From an uncultured Gemmatimonadaceae bacterium (GTDB lineage: Bacteria; Gemmatimonadota; Gemmatimonadetes; Gemmatimonadales; Gemmatimonadaceae), in contig CAWHHI010000020.1 of NCBI GenBank assembly GCA_963829055.1, positions 544,001 to 608,000 on the forward strand: a stretch of DNA of 64,000 nt, read 5' to 3'. The stretch's first letter is position 1; each line of letters opens with the position of its first letter. The position numbers and the translations under genes were made by a program. A model generated the notes under the pieces. It ran no database searches, was not told where the DNA came from, and saw nothing but the letters and a program-made list of their open reading frames with translations. Positions 50,779-61,459 of this stretch are shown here, piece after piece.

Positions 50779-50876
50779 TGTCATCCCGAGCGTCAGCGAG
50801 GGATCTTCTGTGAAATCATCATAGCCAGCCGGCCACGATGACTTCGAGAAGGTCCCTCGCTGCGCTCGGGATGACA
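50779..50876. repeat. REP/REPIN-like element family A flanked by AGGAAGGAGGCC inverted tracts
   Basis: TGTCATCCCGAGCGTCAGCGAGGGATCTTCTG...AGAAGGTCCCTCGCTGCGCTCGGGATGACA. Confidence 0.9.
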
Positions 50877-50949
50877 CGCTTTTTCTCCGCCATCCGCCGT
50901 CCGCCCTCCTCCTTCCTCAGGCCTCCTTCCTACGGCCTCTTCCGAAGCC

Positions 50950-53598
50950 TCAGTCCGCTCTCAACGCCACCACCGGATCCACCCGCGTTGCCCTTCGGGC
51001 CGGGAAGTACGACGCCAGCACCGCCACCAGGCCGAGCACCACACCAACGAGCGCGAACGTCATCGGGTCCAGCGCGCTCACACCGTACAGCATGCTCACC
51101 ATGACGCGCGTGAGCGCCGCCGCGGCGAGCAGACCCGTGACCACGCCGATCGCCGTTAGGCGCGCACCCTGTGACATGACCAGTCGCAGTACCGCCGGCC
51201 GATCGGCGCCGAGGGCCAGGCGGATTCCCATCTCACGCGTGCGCTGTGTGACCGAGTAGGCGATCACGCCATACAGTCCGACCGTCGCCAGCACGAGTGC
51301 GAGTCCGGCGAACACGATCAGCAGCGACATGTTGAAACGCGGGCCCGCCAGCTGGTTCGCGAGTTGCGACGCCACCGAGCTCACGTCGCGCACGCGGATG
51401 CCGGCATCGACGGCCGCTGCCTCACGCGACAATCGCCGGGCGAGATCCGGCACCGCGCTCGTCGGCCGGATGATGAGCGTCGCCGACTCGAAGTCCTCGG
51501 CGAACGGGAAGTACATCTGATAGTCCATCGATCCGCCCACCCGACGCCCCGTGCTCGGCACAGTCACGTTGCGGGCAACACCGACGATCGTGCTCCACTC
51601 GCCTTTCGCATCCAGACGCAGCCGGCGACCCACCGCCGAGGAGCGCGGCCAGTACTTCTTGGCCATCGCCTCGTTGATGATGATCTCCTTCCCGGACGTG
51701 TCGGCGCCGAACGTTCGCCCGGCCACGATCGGCAGGCGGGTCAGCTTGAAATACTCGGGCCTCGCGAACTGCGACCATAACGCGGACACGCGATCTTCTT
51801 TCTTGAACGTCGTGCCCTCGATCTCGAGGTCGCCGAACATCATTCCGGTTCGCGGCGGCACGCCCATGGCCCACGTCACCTCGCCGATGCCGGGAATCGC
51901 TTGCAAGCGCTGCATCAGCTGACCGTATACGACCCGACGCTGCTCGCGCTTCGGGTAGCGCTGTTCCGGCAGCTGAACGCGCGCCGAGATGAGGCCGGAT
52001 GGGTCGAAGCCGATTTCGGCCCGTCGCATCTTCACCATCGTGCGCACGAGCAACCCAGCGCCCACGAGCAGCATGACCGACAGACACACCTCACCGACGA
52101 CCAGCGCACTCCGGAAGCGTCGCGCACGTGCGGTGCCGGAGGCTGATCGCGTCGCGCTCTTGAGCGAGTTGCCGATGTCCCGAGCGGCCGCGAACATCGC
52201 CGGCGCGAGGCCGAACAGCACACCCGTGAGCATCGTCAGCCCGAAGCTCACCGCGAGCACGGTCGGCGACAGGCGCACCTCATCCAGCTCCGCCAGGCTC
52301 TCGGGGCGCAGCGCGATGATCACGTCGAGACTGCGGTACGCGACGAACAGGCCTAACGCGCCTCCGGCGAGCGCGAGCAGCGTGCTCTCGGTGAGCAACT
52401 GTCGCACGATGCGCCAGCGTCCTGCGCCGAGTGCAGCGCGGATCGCGAACTCGCGCTCGCGCGTCGACGCGCGGGCGAGCAGGAGATTGGCGACGTTCGC
52501 GCAGGCGATGAGCAGCACCATGCCCACGGCGCCCAACAGCACGAGCAGCGTGTCGCGCGTTTGCGACCCCAGGTAGTCCTGCGGCTTGAGCGCGAGTGCT
52601 TTCCATTCCTTGAACTCGGGATGCTCGACCGAGAGCGCGACCATCACGTCGCTCAGTTCCTTGTTGAGCCGGTCGCGATCGGTACCTGGACGCATCTTCG
52701 CCATCGCCTGAGCGCCCTGCGCATCCGGGTTGTCTTCGAGCGGAAGCCAGAGCTGACGCATGCCGCCATCCATGAACGGCACCGTGAAGTCGCGCGGCAG
52801 GACACCGACGATGGTGTATGACGTACCATCGATCGTCATCGCCTGCCCGACGATGTCCTTGGCCCCGCCGAACCTCCGCTTCCAGAGGCCGTGGCCGAGC
52901 ACCACGACTTTCGGCGCACCGATCTTCGTGTCTTCGGCGAGAATCGCCCGCCCGAGTACCGGCGCCACGCCGAGCAGCGGCAGCACGTTCGGGGAGAGCA
53001 GTCCGGCCTTGATGTCCTCGGGGTCATCGCCGTCAGTGACAACGACGTCCTTGTATCCGAACGTCGCGATCGCCTCGAGCGAGTGTGCGCCCTTCCGCCA
53101 TGCTTCCACGAGCTTCGGCGTTGGCGTCACGTACATGTTCCCCTGCAGGTTCGACCGGTTCAGGTTCACGATGCGGTCGCCATCCGGGTACGGAATCGGA
53201 TCGAGCAGCAGTCGATTGACGACGCTGAAGATCGCGGTCGTCGCGCCAATGCCGAGGGCGAGCGTGATGATGGCGAGGGTGGTGAACCCGGGGCTGCGGC
53301 GCATCTGCCGTGTGGCGAAGCGCAGATCGGAGCCCAGCTCGGCCAGGACATCTCGGCGTTGCTGTTCGTGGATCGAATGCTCGTCCATGGTTCGGCAATA
53401 CTCCCTGGCGTCGCTCATGTCGCCGAACCGGCGCAGCGCTTCGCTGTGCGCGGTGTCCGGCGGCACGCCCCGGGCACGGAGCTCGGCGATGCGCATGTCG
53501 AGGTGAAACTGGAACTCGTCGTCAATGTCGCGCCTAACGCGGACTCGGCTCCGCCACGGGAACCGGATCAGCCGGCGGAGGCCACGCATGTCGGGCAT
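50950..53598 (-). CDS. Duplicated orphan ABC permease (ADOP) with prefix domain
   Basis: RRDIDDEFQFHLDMR...[53 protein letters not shown]. Confidence 0.95.
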   Translation of the reverse strand: MPDMRGLRRLIRFPWRSRVRVRRDIDDEFQFHLDMRIAELRARGVPPDTAHSEALRRFGDMSDAREYCRTMDEHSIHEQQRRDVLAELGSDLRFATRQMRRSPGFTTLAIITLALGIGATTAIFSVVNRLLLDPIPYPDGDRIVNLNRSNLQGNMYVTPTPKLVEAWRKGAHSLEAIATFGYKDVVVTDGDDPEDIKAGLLSPNVLPLLGVAPVLGRAILAEDTKIGAPKVVVLGHGLWKRRFGGAKDIVGQAMTIDGTSYTIVGVLPRDFTVPFMDGGMRQLWLPLEDNPDAQGAQAMAKMRPGTDRDRLNKELSDVMVALSVEHPEFKEWKALALKPQDYLGSQTRDTLLVLLGAVGMVLLIACANVANLLLARASTREREFAIRAALGAGRWRIVRQLLTESTLLALAGGALGLFVAYRSLDVIIALRPESLAELDEVRLSPTVLAVSFGLTMLTGVLFGLAPAMFAAARDIGNSLKSATRSASGTARARRFRSALVVGEVCLSVMLLVGAGLLVRTMVKMRRAEIGFDPSGLISARVQLPEQRYPKREQRRVVYGQLMQRLQAIPGIGEVTWAMGVPPRTGMMFGDLEIEGTTFKKEDRVSALWSQFARPEYFKLTRLPIVAGRTFGADTSGKEIIINEAMAKKYWPRSSAVGRRLRLDAKGEWSTIVGVARNVTVPSTGRRVGGSMDYQMYFPFAEDFESATLIIRPTSAVPDLARRLSREAAAVDAGIRVRDVSSVASQLANQLAGPRFNMSLLIVFAGLALVLATVGLYGVIAYSVTQRTREMGIRLALGADRPAVLRLVMSQGARLTAIGVVTGLLAAAALTRVMVSMLYGVSALDPMTFALVGVVLGLVAVLASYFPARRATRVDPVVALRAD

Positions 53599-53616
53599 CT
53601 GTCGCTCCGCGCTTGC

Positions 53617-53949
53617 TCAGGCCGACTCGAGCACGCTGAAGATCGCCGTCGCGTACTGGCGCCACGTGTTCGCTTCGGCGCGTAGCTCCTGGCGTCCGCG
53701 CGCGGTGAGGTTGTAGAACTTCGCCTTGCGGTTGTTCTCGGAGAGCCCCCACTCGGCTTCGATGGAACCGGCGCGCTCGAGGCGATGAAGCGATTTGTAC
53801 AGCGCGGCGTCCTCGATCTCGAGCACGCCGCGGGTGCGCTCGTCGATCCAGCGCGAGATGCCGTAGCCATGCATCGGGCCCCACGAAAGCGTCTTGAGCA
53901 CGAGCACGTCGAGCGTGCCGTGCAGTAGATCGATCGGATCGCGTGCCAT
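53617..53949 (-). CDS. PadR-family regulator, acidobacterial subtype
   Basis: LLHGTLDVLVLKTL, PMHGYGI, LYKSLHRLE, WGLSENNRKAKFY; ATG at 53949. Confidence 0.95.
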   Translation of the reverse strand: MARDPIDLLHGTLDVLVLKTLSWGPMHGYGISRWIDERTRGVLEIEDAALYKSLHRLERAGSIEAEWGLSENNRKAKFYNLTARGRQELRAEANTWRQYATAIFSVLESA

Positions 53950-53952
53950 CGC

Positions 53953-53975
53953 TTCCCCTAACCTAGTTGTTGGAA
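53953..53975 (-). promoter_or_regulatory. Candidate PadR operator overlapping the RBS
   Basis: Minus strand TTCCAACAACTAGGTTAGGGGAA is an imperfect palindrome TTCC-n3-AAC-n3-GTT-n3-GGAA, 3 nt upstream of the padR ATG. Confidence 0.5.
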
Positions 53976-54018
53976 TAAATGGCCGCGGGCCACAGATTTG
54001 TCCAGTGCCTGGCTCGGT

Positions 54019-54348
54019 GCGCCGGGGCCAGTGGGGACTACGATTGGGCGGATCTGCTGACTGCGAAACTGCCGGATACGACTTTGCATTCACGCATCAT
54101 CGCGCCGCGGTTCGGTGGGAACTACGATGGCGCGGATGAAACGGAAGAATCAGGATAGCTCTCGACAGGGACAGTCCCTCGCGCAACGAGCCGGGATTAT
54201 ATGGGAACGGCCTCGGGAAGCTCATGCTACCCGAGGCCGTTCTCTCACGCTTCCCACGCCTTGTGTGGGGAGTCCTAACGCGTCAGGCAGTATCCGGCAG
54301 TTTTGCAGTCATCCGCGCCATCGTCGTTCCCACCGGCCCCTTGCGCGA
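54019..54348. repeat. Composite repeat element family B, copy 2
   Basis: Direct units with GCGCCG at 54019 and 54102, CGCAACGAGCCGGGA, GAACGGCCTCGGG...CCCGAGGCCGTTC hairpin, inverted unit 54289-54348. Confidence 0.85.
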
Positions 54349-54380
54349 CCGACTATCCGCCTGATCCAGCGCCGCGACCC

Positions 54381-56824
54381 CTATTCGACACGGAGCACTA
54401 TCACGGGGTCGACGCGCAATGCGCGGCGCGCGGGAATCGCGGCCGCGATCACAGCGACCGCTACGACGACGAGCGGCACGATGATGAACGTCATCGGATC
54501 GGTCGCGCTCACACCATAGATCAGCGTGCGAAGGAGTTGTGCGCCACCTGCGGCCGCGATCATCCCGACGACGACGCCGATACCCACGGTGCGCAGCGTT
54601 TCGCCGACCACCAGTACCTGGACGTGCGATGCGCGCGCGCCGAGCGCCATGCGGACGCCGAGCTCGCGTGTTCGCCGAGCGGTAGCGAACGACACCACGC
54701 CGAAGATTCCCACTGCGCCGAGGAGAAGTGCCAGCGCCGCAAACGTCCCCACGAGCGTCACCTGAAATCGTGGCTGTCGGAGCGCCGCCGACGCGAGCTC
54801 GCCAATTGTCGCCACCTGCACGGCGCGCGCTTCTGCGTCAACCTCCGACACCGCGCGCCGGAGTGAGGCCGAGAGCAGCGCCGGGTCGCCCGCCGCGCGC
54901 ACGACGAGATGGTTCAGTTTCCACGGGCTCTGTGTGTAGGGCACGTACACGTCGAGCGATTCCACGCGCGGGTCGCGATACCGCGCGGCCCCGACGACGC
55001 CAACGACCTCGACCCACGGCGCCGGGGAATCCGGCGGTCCCCACTTGAGCCGCTTGCCGATTGGCGACGCGTTAGGCCAGAAGCGACGCGCCGTCGCGGC
55101 GCTCACGATCACGACTCTGGGCGCCTTCTCATCGTCGGCGTCCGAAAGCGGGCGGCCCTGGATTACCGGGATGCCCGCTGCCTGGAAGTAGCTCGGTGTG
55201 ATCGCCTCGTAGTTCACGAGCGGCTGCTTGCGTTGCGTATCCGCGTCTGTACCCTCGAGCGACAGCGGATAGTCGAAGCCATCCGGACCAGCGAGTGGCC
55301 GCAGCAGCACCCCGCTCGCCGCCACCACTCCGGGGAGTTGATTCACCCGAGCCACAGCGTCACGGAAAAAACCGCGCGTCTTCGCGGGATCGGCGTACTT
55401 CGTGTCCGGCAGGAACAGCTCGGCCGTCAGCGTGTGTTCGCGATCGAAGCCTAACGGGGCTGCGTTCAAACGCGCGAAGCTCCGGAGCAACACGCCTCCT
55501 CCGATCAGCAACATCACCGCGAGCGCGACTTCCACGGCGACCAACGTACGCTGCGTCTTACGAGCTGACCCGCTGCCGGTCGTCCGCCCCGAAGCTGCCC
55601 GTAGCACCGCCCCCGGCGCGACGCGCGTCCCGCGCAATGCCGGGAGGACGCCGAACAACAGGGTTGTCGCGACCAGCAACGCCGCGGTGAACGCAGCGAT
55701 CCGCACGTCGATCTCGACCGCAGCTCGCACGGTAGAGGTCCGCTGGAATCATTGCGCGCGATCGCGCCGCGACCAGCAAAGCACGCCCCGAGGCCGACGA
55801 CGGCGCCGATGGCGGCGATCACCGCCGCTTCCACCAGCAGCTGACGCACGAGCCTGGCGCGATCGGCGCCTAACGCCGTGCGCAAGGCAATCTCACCTTC
55901 CCGCATTGCTGCGCGCGCCAGCAGCAGATTCGCCACGTTGGCGCAGGCGACGAGCAGTACGAGCCCCGCGGCGGCAAGCAGCACGACCATCCCCCGTCGA
56001 GCGTCTCCGATCAGCTCATCCGCGATGGGCGTCAGTTGCGGCGCTGCGACGACGCTACGCGGCGTGCCCGCCGCGGCGGCGGACCGCGCGAGCAGGCGGT
56101 CGGTCTCCTGACGCGCGCCATTGATTGAAACCCCTGGCCGAACTCGCCCCACGAGATTGAGGAACGCGATCTGGCGGTTGTCGACCAGCGAATCGATCGC
56201 GGGCACGAGCGCTATCCAGGCTTCGGACCCGCGCGGGTACTCGAATCCCTTCGGCATGACCCCGACGACGGTGTAGCGAGTCCCGCTCACCTCCACGCGA
56301 CGCCCGAGCACAGCGCCATCGCCGCCGAACTTTCGCGTCCAGATACCGTACCCGAGTACGATGACTGGTGCCGCGCCGCGATGGTCATCCTCAGGAGTGA
56401 GTGTCCGCCCGAGCATTGGGCGTGCGCCGAGGACATCGAACAGGTTGCCCGACGCGCCGATAGCCGCGAGCGGCTCATTGGCGGTGCCGTCTGTCCAGAC
56501 CGACGGCTGCAATGCCGATGGGACCGCGGCGAGCCCCGCGAACGACTTCGTCCCGTCTCGAAGCTCGCGATACTCGGGGTAGGTCGTCTCGACCGAGCCA
56601 GCACTGCCGGGCCGCTCGCGCCGGACGATCACGAGCTCCTCGGCGTTCTGGAACGGTAGCGGCGCCAGCAATACCGCGTCGACGACGGCGAAGACGGCCG
56701 CGGTCGCCCCGATGCCCAGGGCCAACGTGGATATGGCAACAAGGGCGAAACCAGGGCTCCGCCGAAGTTGGCGGAGAGCGACAGCCGCGTCGAAGCGCAA
56801 CTCGTGAAGCCACGTCTGGCGCAT
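54381..56824 (-). CDS. Duplicated orphan ABC permease (ADOP) without prefix domain (frameshifts near 55735-55790)
   Basis: [52 protein letters not shown]. Confidence 0.9.
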
Positions 56825-57189
56825 GGCAGATACTCGAGAACTGGGGTAACGGCAGTCGCCGCTTGGGAACACCCGGGCGACAATGCGGTCGGCTCTACTC
56901 TGCCGCCAGTGGGCATGGGACGTACGGGGACGCTCGCACTTTTATCCGTATCACGTGCCAAACACGTTTCCGCCACAGCGTAGCCAGCTGATGCATGGCC
57001 GGGCAGCGTTAGCTGAGTGTCAGCTATCCAGAAAGTCTGTGGCGCTGGCGCATCACTGGTGCGGACTTTCCGCATCAATGTGCCCTAACCCGCGTTAAAC
57101 CACGAGGCTGGCACTTCGTTGCAAGTTGTTACCGGCTAACGCGATAACGGAAAAAACGTGGCGCCTAACGAGGTGGTCTTATTCGGTTC

Positions 57190-57217
57190 TGGACATTTGC
57201 ATGATCACCATTACAAT
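57190..57217 (+). promoter_or_regulatory. Candidate sigma70 promoter of the polysaccharide locus
   Basis: TGGACA-16 nt-TACAAT in an AT-rich island, followed by overlapping palindromes at 57225-57247. Confidence 0.45.
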
Positions 57218-57426
57218 GAGTTGGGTTGGTTAACCAACGTTAACGTTTGTCGGTGGATCGAGGACTGAGCGCGCCGCCACGACGCCGGAGTCGGCGGATT
57301 TGACGTGGTCGACGCTTGGCGCTTCGAAATTCACAGCTCGCTGCTGAGCGGTGACGCCAATGTTGGTCGTTGATGTTCGCCATGGCGGACTGCGGTGGGG
57401 GGGGCGTTGCTGTCTTCGACTTCTCT

Positions 57427-59309
57427 ATGACCGAGAGCCGGCACGAGCACGTTTCTCGACGTCGGCCGTGGGTAAGCGTCGCCACGCACGCCATCCTGGT
57501 GGTGCTGGCGTATCTGACCGCGTTCGCGCTCCGGTTCGACTTCGAATTCACTTCGGCCCGGGCGTGGCAGTTCGTCGTCACGCTGCCCGTTCTGCTCCCG
57601 GTGCGACTCCTGGTATTCTGGCAGTGCGGAATTTTCCGACTGTATTGGCGCCATATCGGATTCCGCGACCTCTTCGGGCTGCAGAGCGCGGTGACGCTCA
57701 GCTCACTCCTGTTCGTTTTCGCGCTGTACTTCGTTGGTCTGCTCGATGGCATGCCGCGGTCGGTGCTCATCATCGACTGGTTCTTGACCATCTTCTTCTG
57801 CGGCGGCGTGATGTTCGCGACGCGCTACATGAGGGAGATGCGTCCGCGCTTCGAGCCCGCGACGGGACGCCGCACACTCCTGGTTGGGGCGGGAGCCGGC
57901 GCGGAGCAGTTGCTGCGGCAGGCACAACACAGTCGCGAACACGACCTGTTGATCGTCGGTATTGTCGACGACGATCCGTCGACGCACGCGCAGTTGCTTC
58001 ACGGCGTCCCGGTCCTCGGCGCCACACGCGACATGGCGCGACTCGTGGCGCGGTTACCGCTCGAGCTGGTGGTGATCACCGTGCAGCACGCGACGAAGGA
58101 TCAGATGCGCGATCTCGTCGATCGCTGCGCTGCCACGGGCGTCGAGTACAAGATCCTGCCGTCGCTCACCGAGATGCTTACGGGCCCGACTGCCGGGGGA
58201 CGACTTCGCGACGTGCGCATCGAGGATTTACTGGGGCGCCAACCGGTATCGCTGGACCTTGGGATCCGTCGCGCGCGAAGTAACCGGGCGGACCATCCTC
58301 GTCACGGGCGCGGCCGGATCCATCGGCTCCGAGCTCGCCAGACAGCTCGCCGGCTTCCGGCCGTCTCGGCTGATCCTGTTCGAGCGCGCAGAGACGCCGT
58401 TGTACTTCGTAAACCTCGAGATCACGCGGGCGCACCCTGAGATCGAGGTCGTTCCCGCCATGGGCGATGTCACGGACCACAAACGCGTCGACCAGATCTT
58501 CGCGCGGTTCCGACCCGACTACGTGTTTCACGCGGCCGCGTACAAGCACGTGCCGATGCTGGAAACGAACGTCCGTGAGGCCGTCCGAAACAACGTCGTC
58601 GGTACTCGCCACGTGGTCGCGACAGCGCCCTTCGCTACGGCGTCCGCAAGTTCGTCCTGATCTCGACCGACAAGGCGGTCAATCCGTCGAGCGTCATGGG
58701 GGCCACCAAGCGCATCGCCGAGCGAATTCTTCTCGGGTCGGCAATGCAGCCGACAGACGTCCACCGAGTTCCGCGTCGTGCGCTTCGGGAACGTGCTCGG
58801 CTCCGACGGCAGCGTCATTCCGCTCTTTCAACGACAGATCGCCGCCGGCCAGCCGCTGACGGTGACGCACCCGGAAGTGCGGCGGTACTTCATGACGATT
58901 CCGGAAGCGGTACAGCTGGTGCTGCAGGCAACGGTACTGCCTGACGCGGCCGGCCGGATCTGCATGCTCGAGATGGGCGAGCCGGTTCGCATCCTGTACC
59001 TCGCCGAGCAGATGATCCGTCTGTCAGGGCTCACGCCGTACAAGGATGTGCCGATCGTGTTCACCGGGCTGCGTCCTGGTGAAAAGCTCGATGAGGAGCT
59101 GACGTCGGAGATCGAAGCGACGATGCCGACGGTCGTCGAGAAGATACGGCTCGTGAGAACGGACGACGTCGATCGCCGATACGCTCGCCTACGGGCTCGA
59201 GCGGATCAGCACTCTGCTCGCGGAGGGCACCGACCACGAGGTACGCGAAGCGCTTCGAGCACTCGTGCCCGAGTATTGGGAAGTTCGCCCCGCGAGCACC
59301 GCTCGCTGA
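57427..59309 (+). CDS. Membrane-anchored NDP-sugar 4,6-dehydratase (CapD/WbpM/PglF type), multiple frameshifts
   Basis: N-terminal TMs, [75 protein letters not shown]. Confidence 0.92.
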
Positions 59310-59474
59310 TGTCGAGGTGCCAACTCTACGGCACGGGACGGGGCGTGGCCGATCGCGCCGGCAGCCCGCACGTCCAGATGCTTCGACGTATGGTCCCGCT
59401 AGCGAGCGCCGGTCGATGCGGTCACCGCGACGATCAACGTCGCCCGGGCGTCGTGATCGAGGCGGAAATCGCGA

Positions 59475-60113
59475 ATGCGGAACGCAGCGCGTGAAGCGCA
59501 CGCTCGACCTGGCGGGGAGCGTGATCGGTCTTGTCGTGTTCGCCATCCCGATGGCGGTCGTCGCCGCGCTCATTCGCCTAACGCTTGGGTCGCCGGTGAT
59601 CTACCGTCAACCGCGGCCGGGGCTGCACGGCCGCACGTTCGATATCTACAAGTTCCGAACGATGCGTGACACGACGGACGCGGCGGGCAACCCGCTGCCC
59701 AATCGACTGCGTATCACGGCACTCGGTCGATTTCTCCGGCGCACGAGCCTCGACGAGCTCCCTGAGCTGATCAACGTCCTACGCGGCGAGATGAGTCTCG
59801 TCGGACCACGACCACTCCGCGTCGAGTACCTCGAGCGGTACACGCCCGAACAGGCACGCCGGCACGACGTGCTGCCGGGCATCACGGGTTGGGCGCAGAT
59901 CAACGGCCGCAACACGCTGAATTGGGACGAGCGGCTCGCGCTCGACATCTGGTACGTCGACCACGCGAGCGTATGGCTGGATCTGAAAATCCTGATGCAG
60001 ACGCTTTTCAGCCTGGTCCGCGGCATGCTGACGTCAGCGCCGACGGCTTGGATGTGCCGGAATTCCTGGGAACGACACGTAGGGATCGACAGTGCACCTT
60101 TAACGGGGGTTAA
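59475..60113 (+). CDS. Polyprenyl-phosphate phosphoglycosyl transferase (PglC/Bac_transf), frameshifted at both ends
   Basis: KRTLD, YKFRTM, SLDELPELINVLRGEMSLVGPRP, PGITGWAQINGRN. Confidence 0.92.
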
Positions 60114-60117
60114 GGAG

Positions 60118-60420
60118 ATGACGACGGTCGAGCAGGAGATCCGCACGTTTCTGGCGGAGAATTTTTCGCTCGGTGGTGACATCAACCGCCTGCCGGGAAA
60201 CCGGTCGCTCACCGAACGCGGCATTCATCGACTCGGTCGGAATCGTCGAGGTGCTCACGTTCCTCGAGACGCAGTACGACATCCAGATCAACGACGACGA
60301 GACGGTTCCCGAGAACATCGACACGATCGACAACATGGTGCGGTTCGTCGCGACGAAGCGCGGCGGCGCCGAGGCCCGGTACGTGCCGCTGGCGCCTAAC
60401 GTGTCGCATGCCCGACCTGC
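60118..60420 (+). CDS. Acyl carrier protein (frameshift near 60217; end approximate)
   Basis: [18 protein letters not shown], then [21 protein letters not shown]...PENIDTID with the phosphopantetheine Ser. Confidence 0.85.
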
Positions 60421-61385
60421 TCCGCATCGACCCGGAGCAGGCGACCGCCGAGATCACCGCCGCGCATCGAGTCGGCGGTGACCCGGCGAATGCGGAAGCG
60501 CGGCGTTGTCGTCGGGCTGTCGGGTGGCGTGGACAGCAGCGTCTGCGCCGCGTTATGCGCGCGCGCGCTCGGACCCGAGCGCGTGCTCGGGCTGCTCATG
60601 CCGGAGCGCGAGTCGTCGTCCGACATCGCTCGAGCTCGGCCGCCTCGCCGCCGAGAGCTTCGGCATCCCGACGGACGTCGAGGACATCACCGCGGTGCCT
60701 CGACGCCGCCGGATGCTACGCGCGGCGCGACGACGCCATCCGCTCGCTCATTCCCGAGTACGGGCCCGAGTGGCGGTGCAAGGTATGCTGCCGAGCGTCG
60801 TCGACAGCGACCAGTACCGCATCTTCTCCGTCGTCGCGCAGGCGCCCGACGGCACGCAGCGTCGTGCGCGCGTCACACCGACGGCGTATCTCGAGCTCGT
60901 CGCGTCGACGAGCTTCAAGCAGCGCACGCGGAAGATGATGGAGTACTACCACGCCGATCGGCTGCAATTACGCGGTCGTCGGCACGCCGAACCGGCTCGA
61001 GTACGACCAGGGCTTCTTCGTGAAGAACGGCGACGGCTCGGCCGACATCAAGCCGATCGCCCATCTCTACAAGAGCCAGGTCTACCAGCTCGCGGAGTAC
61101 CTCGGCGTGCCGGATACGATCCGGATGCGTCCGCCGACGACGGACACGTACTCGCTGCCGCAGACGCAGGAGGAGTTCTACTTCTCCCTGCCGTACGACA
61201 AGATGGACCTGTGCCTCTACGCGCGGAACAACGGCATCGAGGCCGCCGACGTCGCGGCGGCGTTAGGCCTGACCGAGCAGCAGATCGAGCGCGTCTTCCG
61301 CGACATCGATTCCAAGCGACGCGCGAGCCGCTACCTGCACCTCGAGCCGCAGCTCGTCGCCGAGGTCATCGAGGTCGGAGACTGA
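60408..61385 (+). CDS. NadE-like (NH3-dependent NAD synthetase fold) protein, multiple frameshifts
   Basis: [14 protein letters not shown]-loop, [54 protein letters not shown]. Confidence 0.88.
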
Positions 61386-61459
61386 CGGCCGCGGTCTGCG
61401 TCGCGGCGCGGAATCACGAACCCTGGAACACCCCGACGGGGTGATGGCGGGAGGCGCAC

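Noticed and set aside
57108..57124. Sigma54 promoter CTGGCACTTCGTTGCA
   Set aside because: GG-to-GC spacing is 9 nt instead of the required 10; it could be real only if a base was lost to sequencing error.
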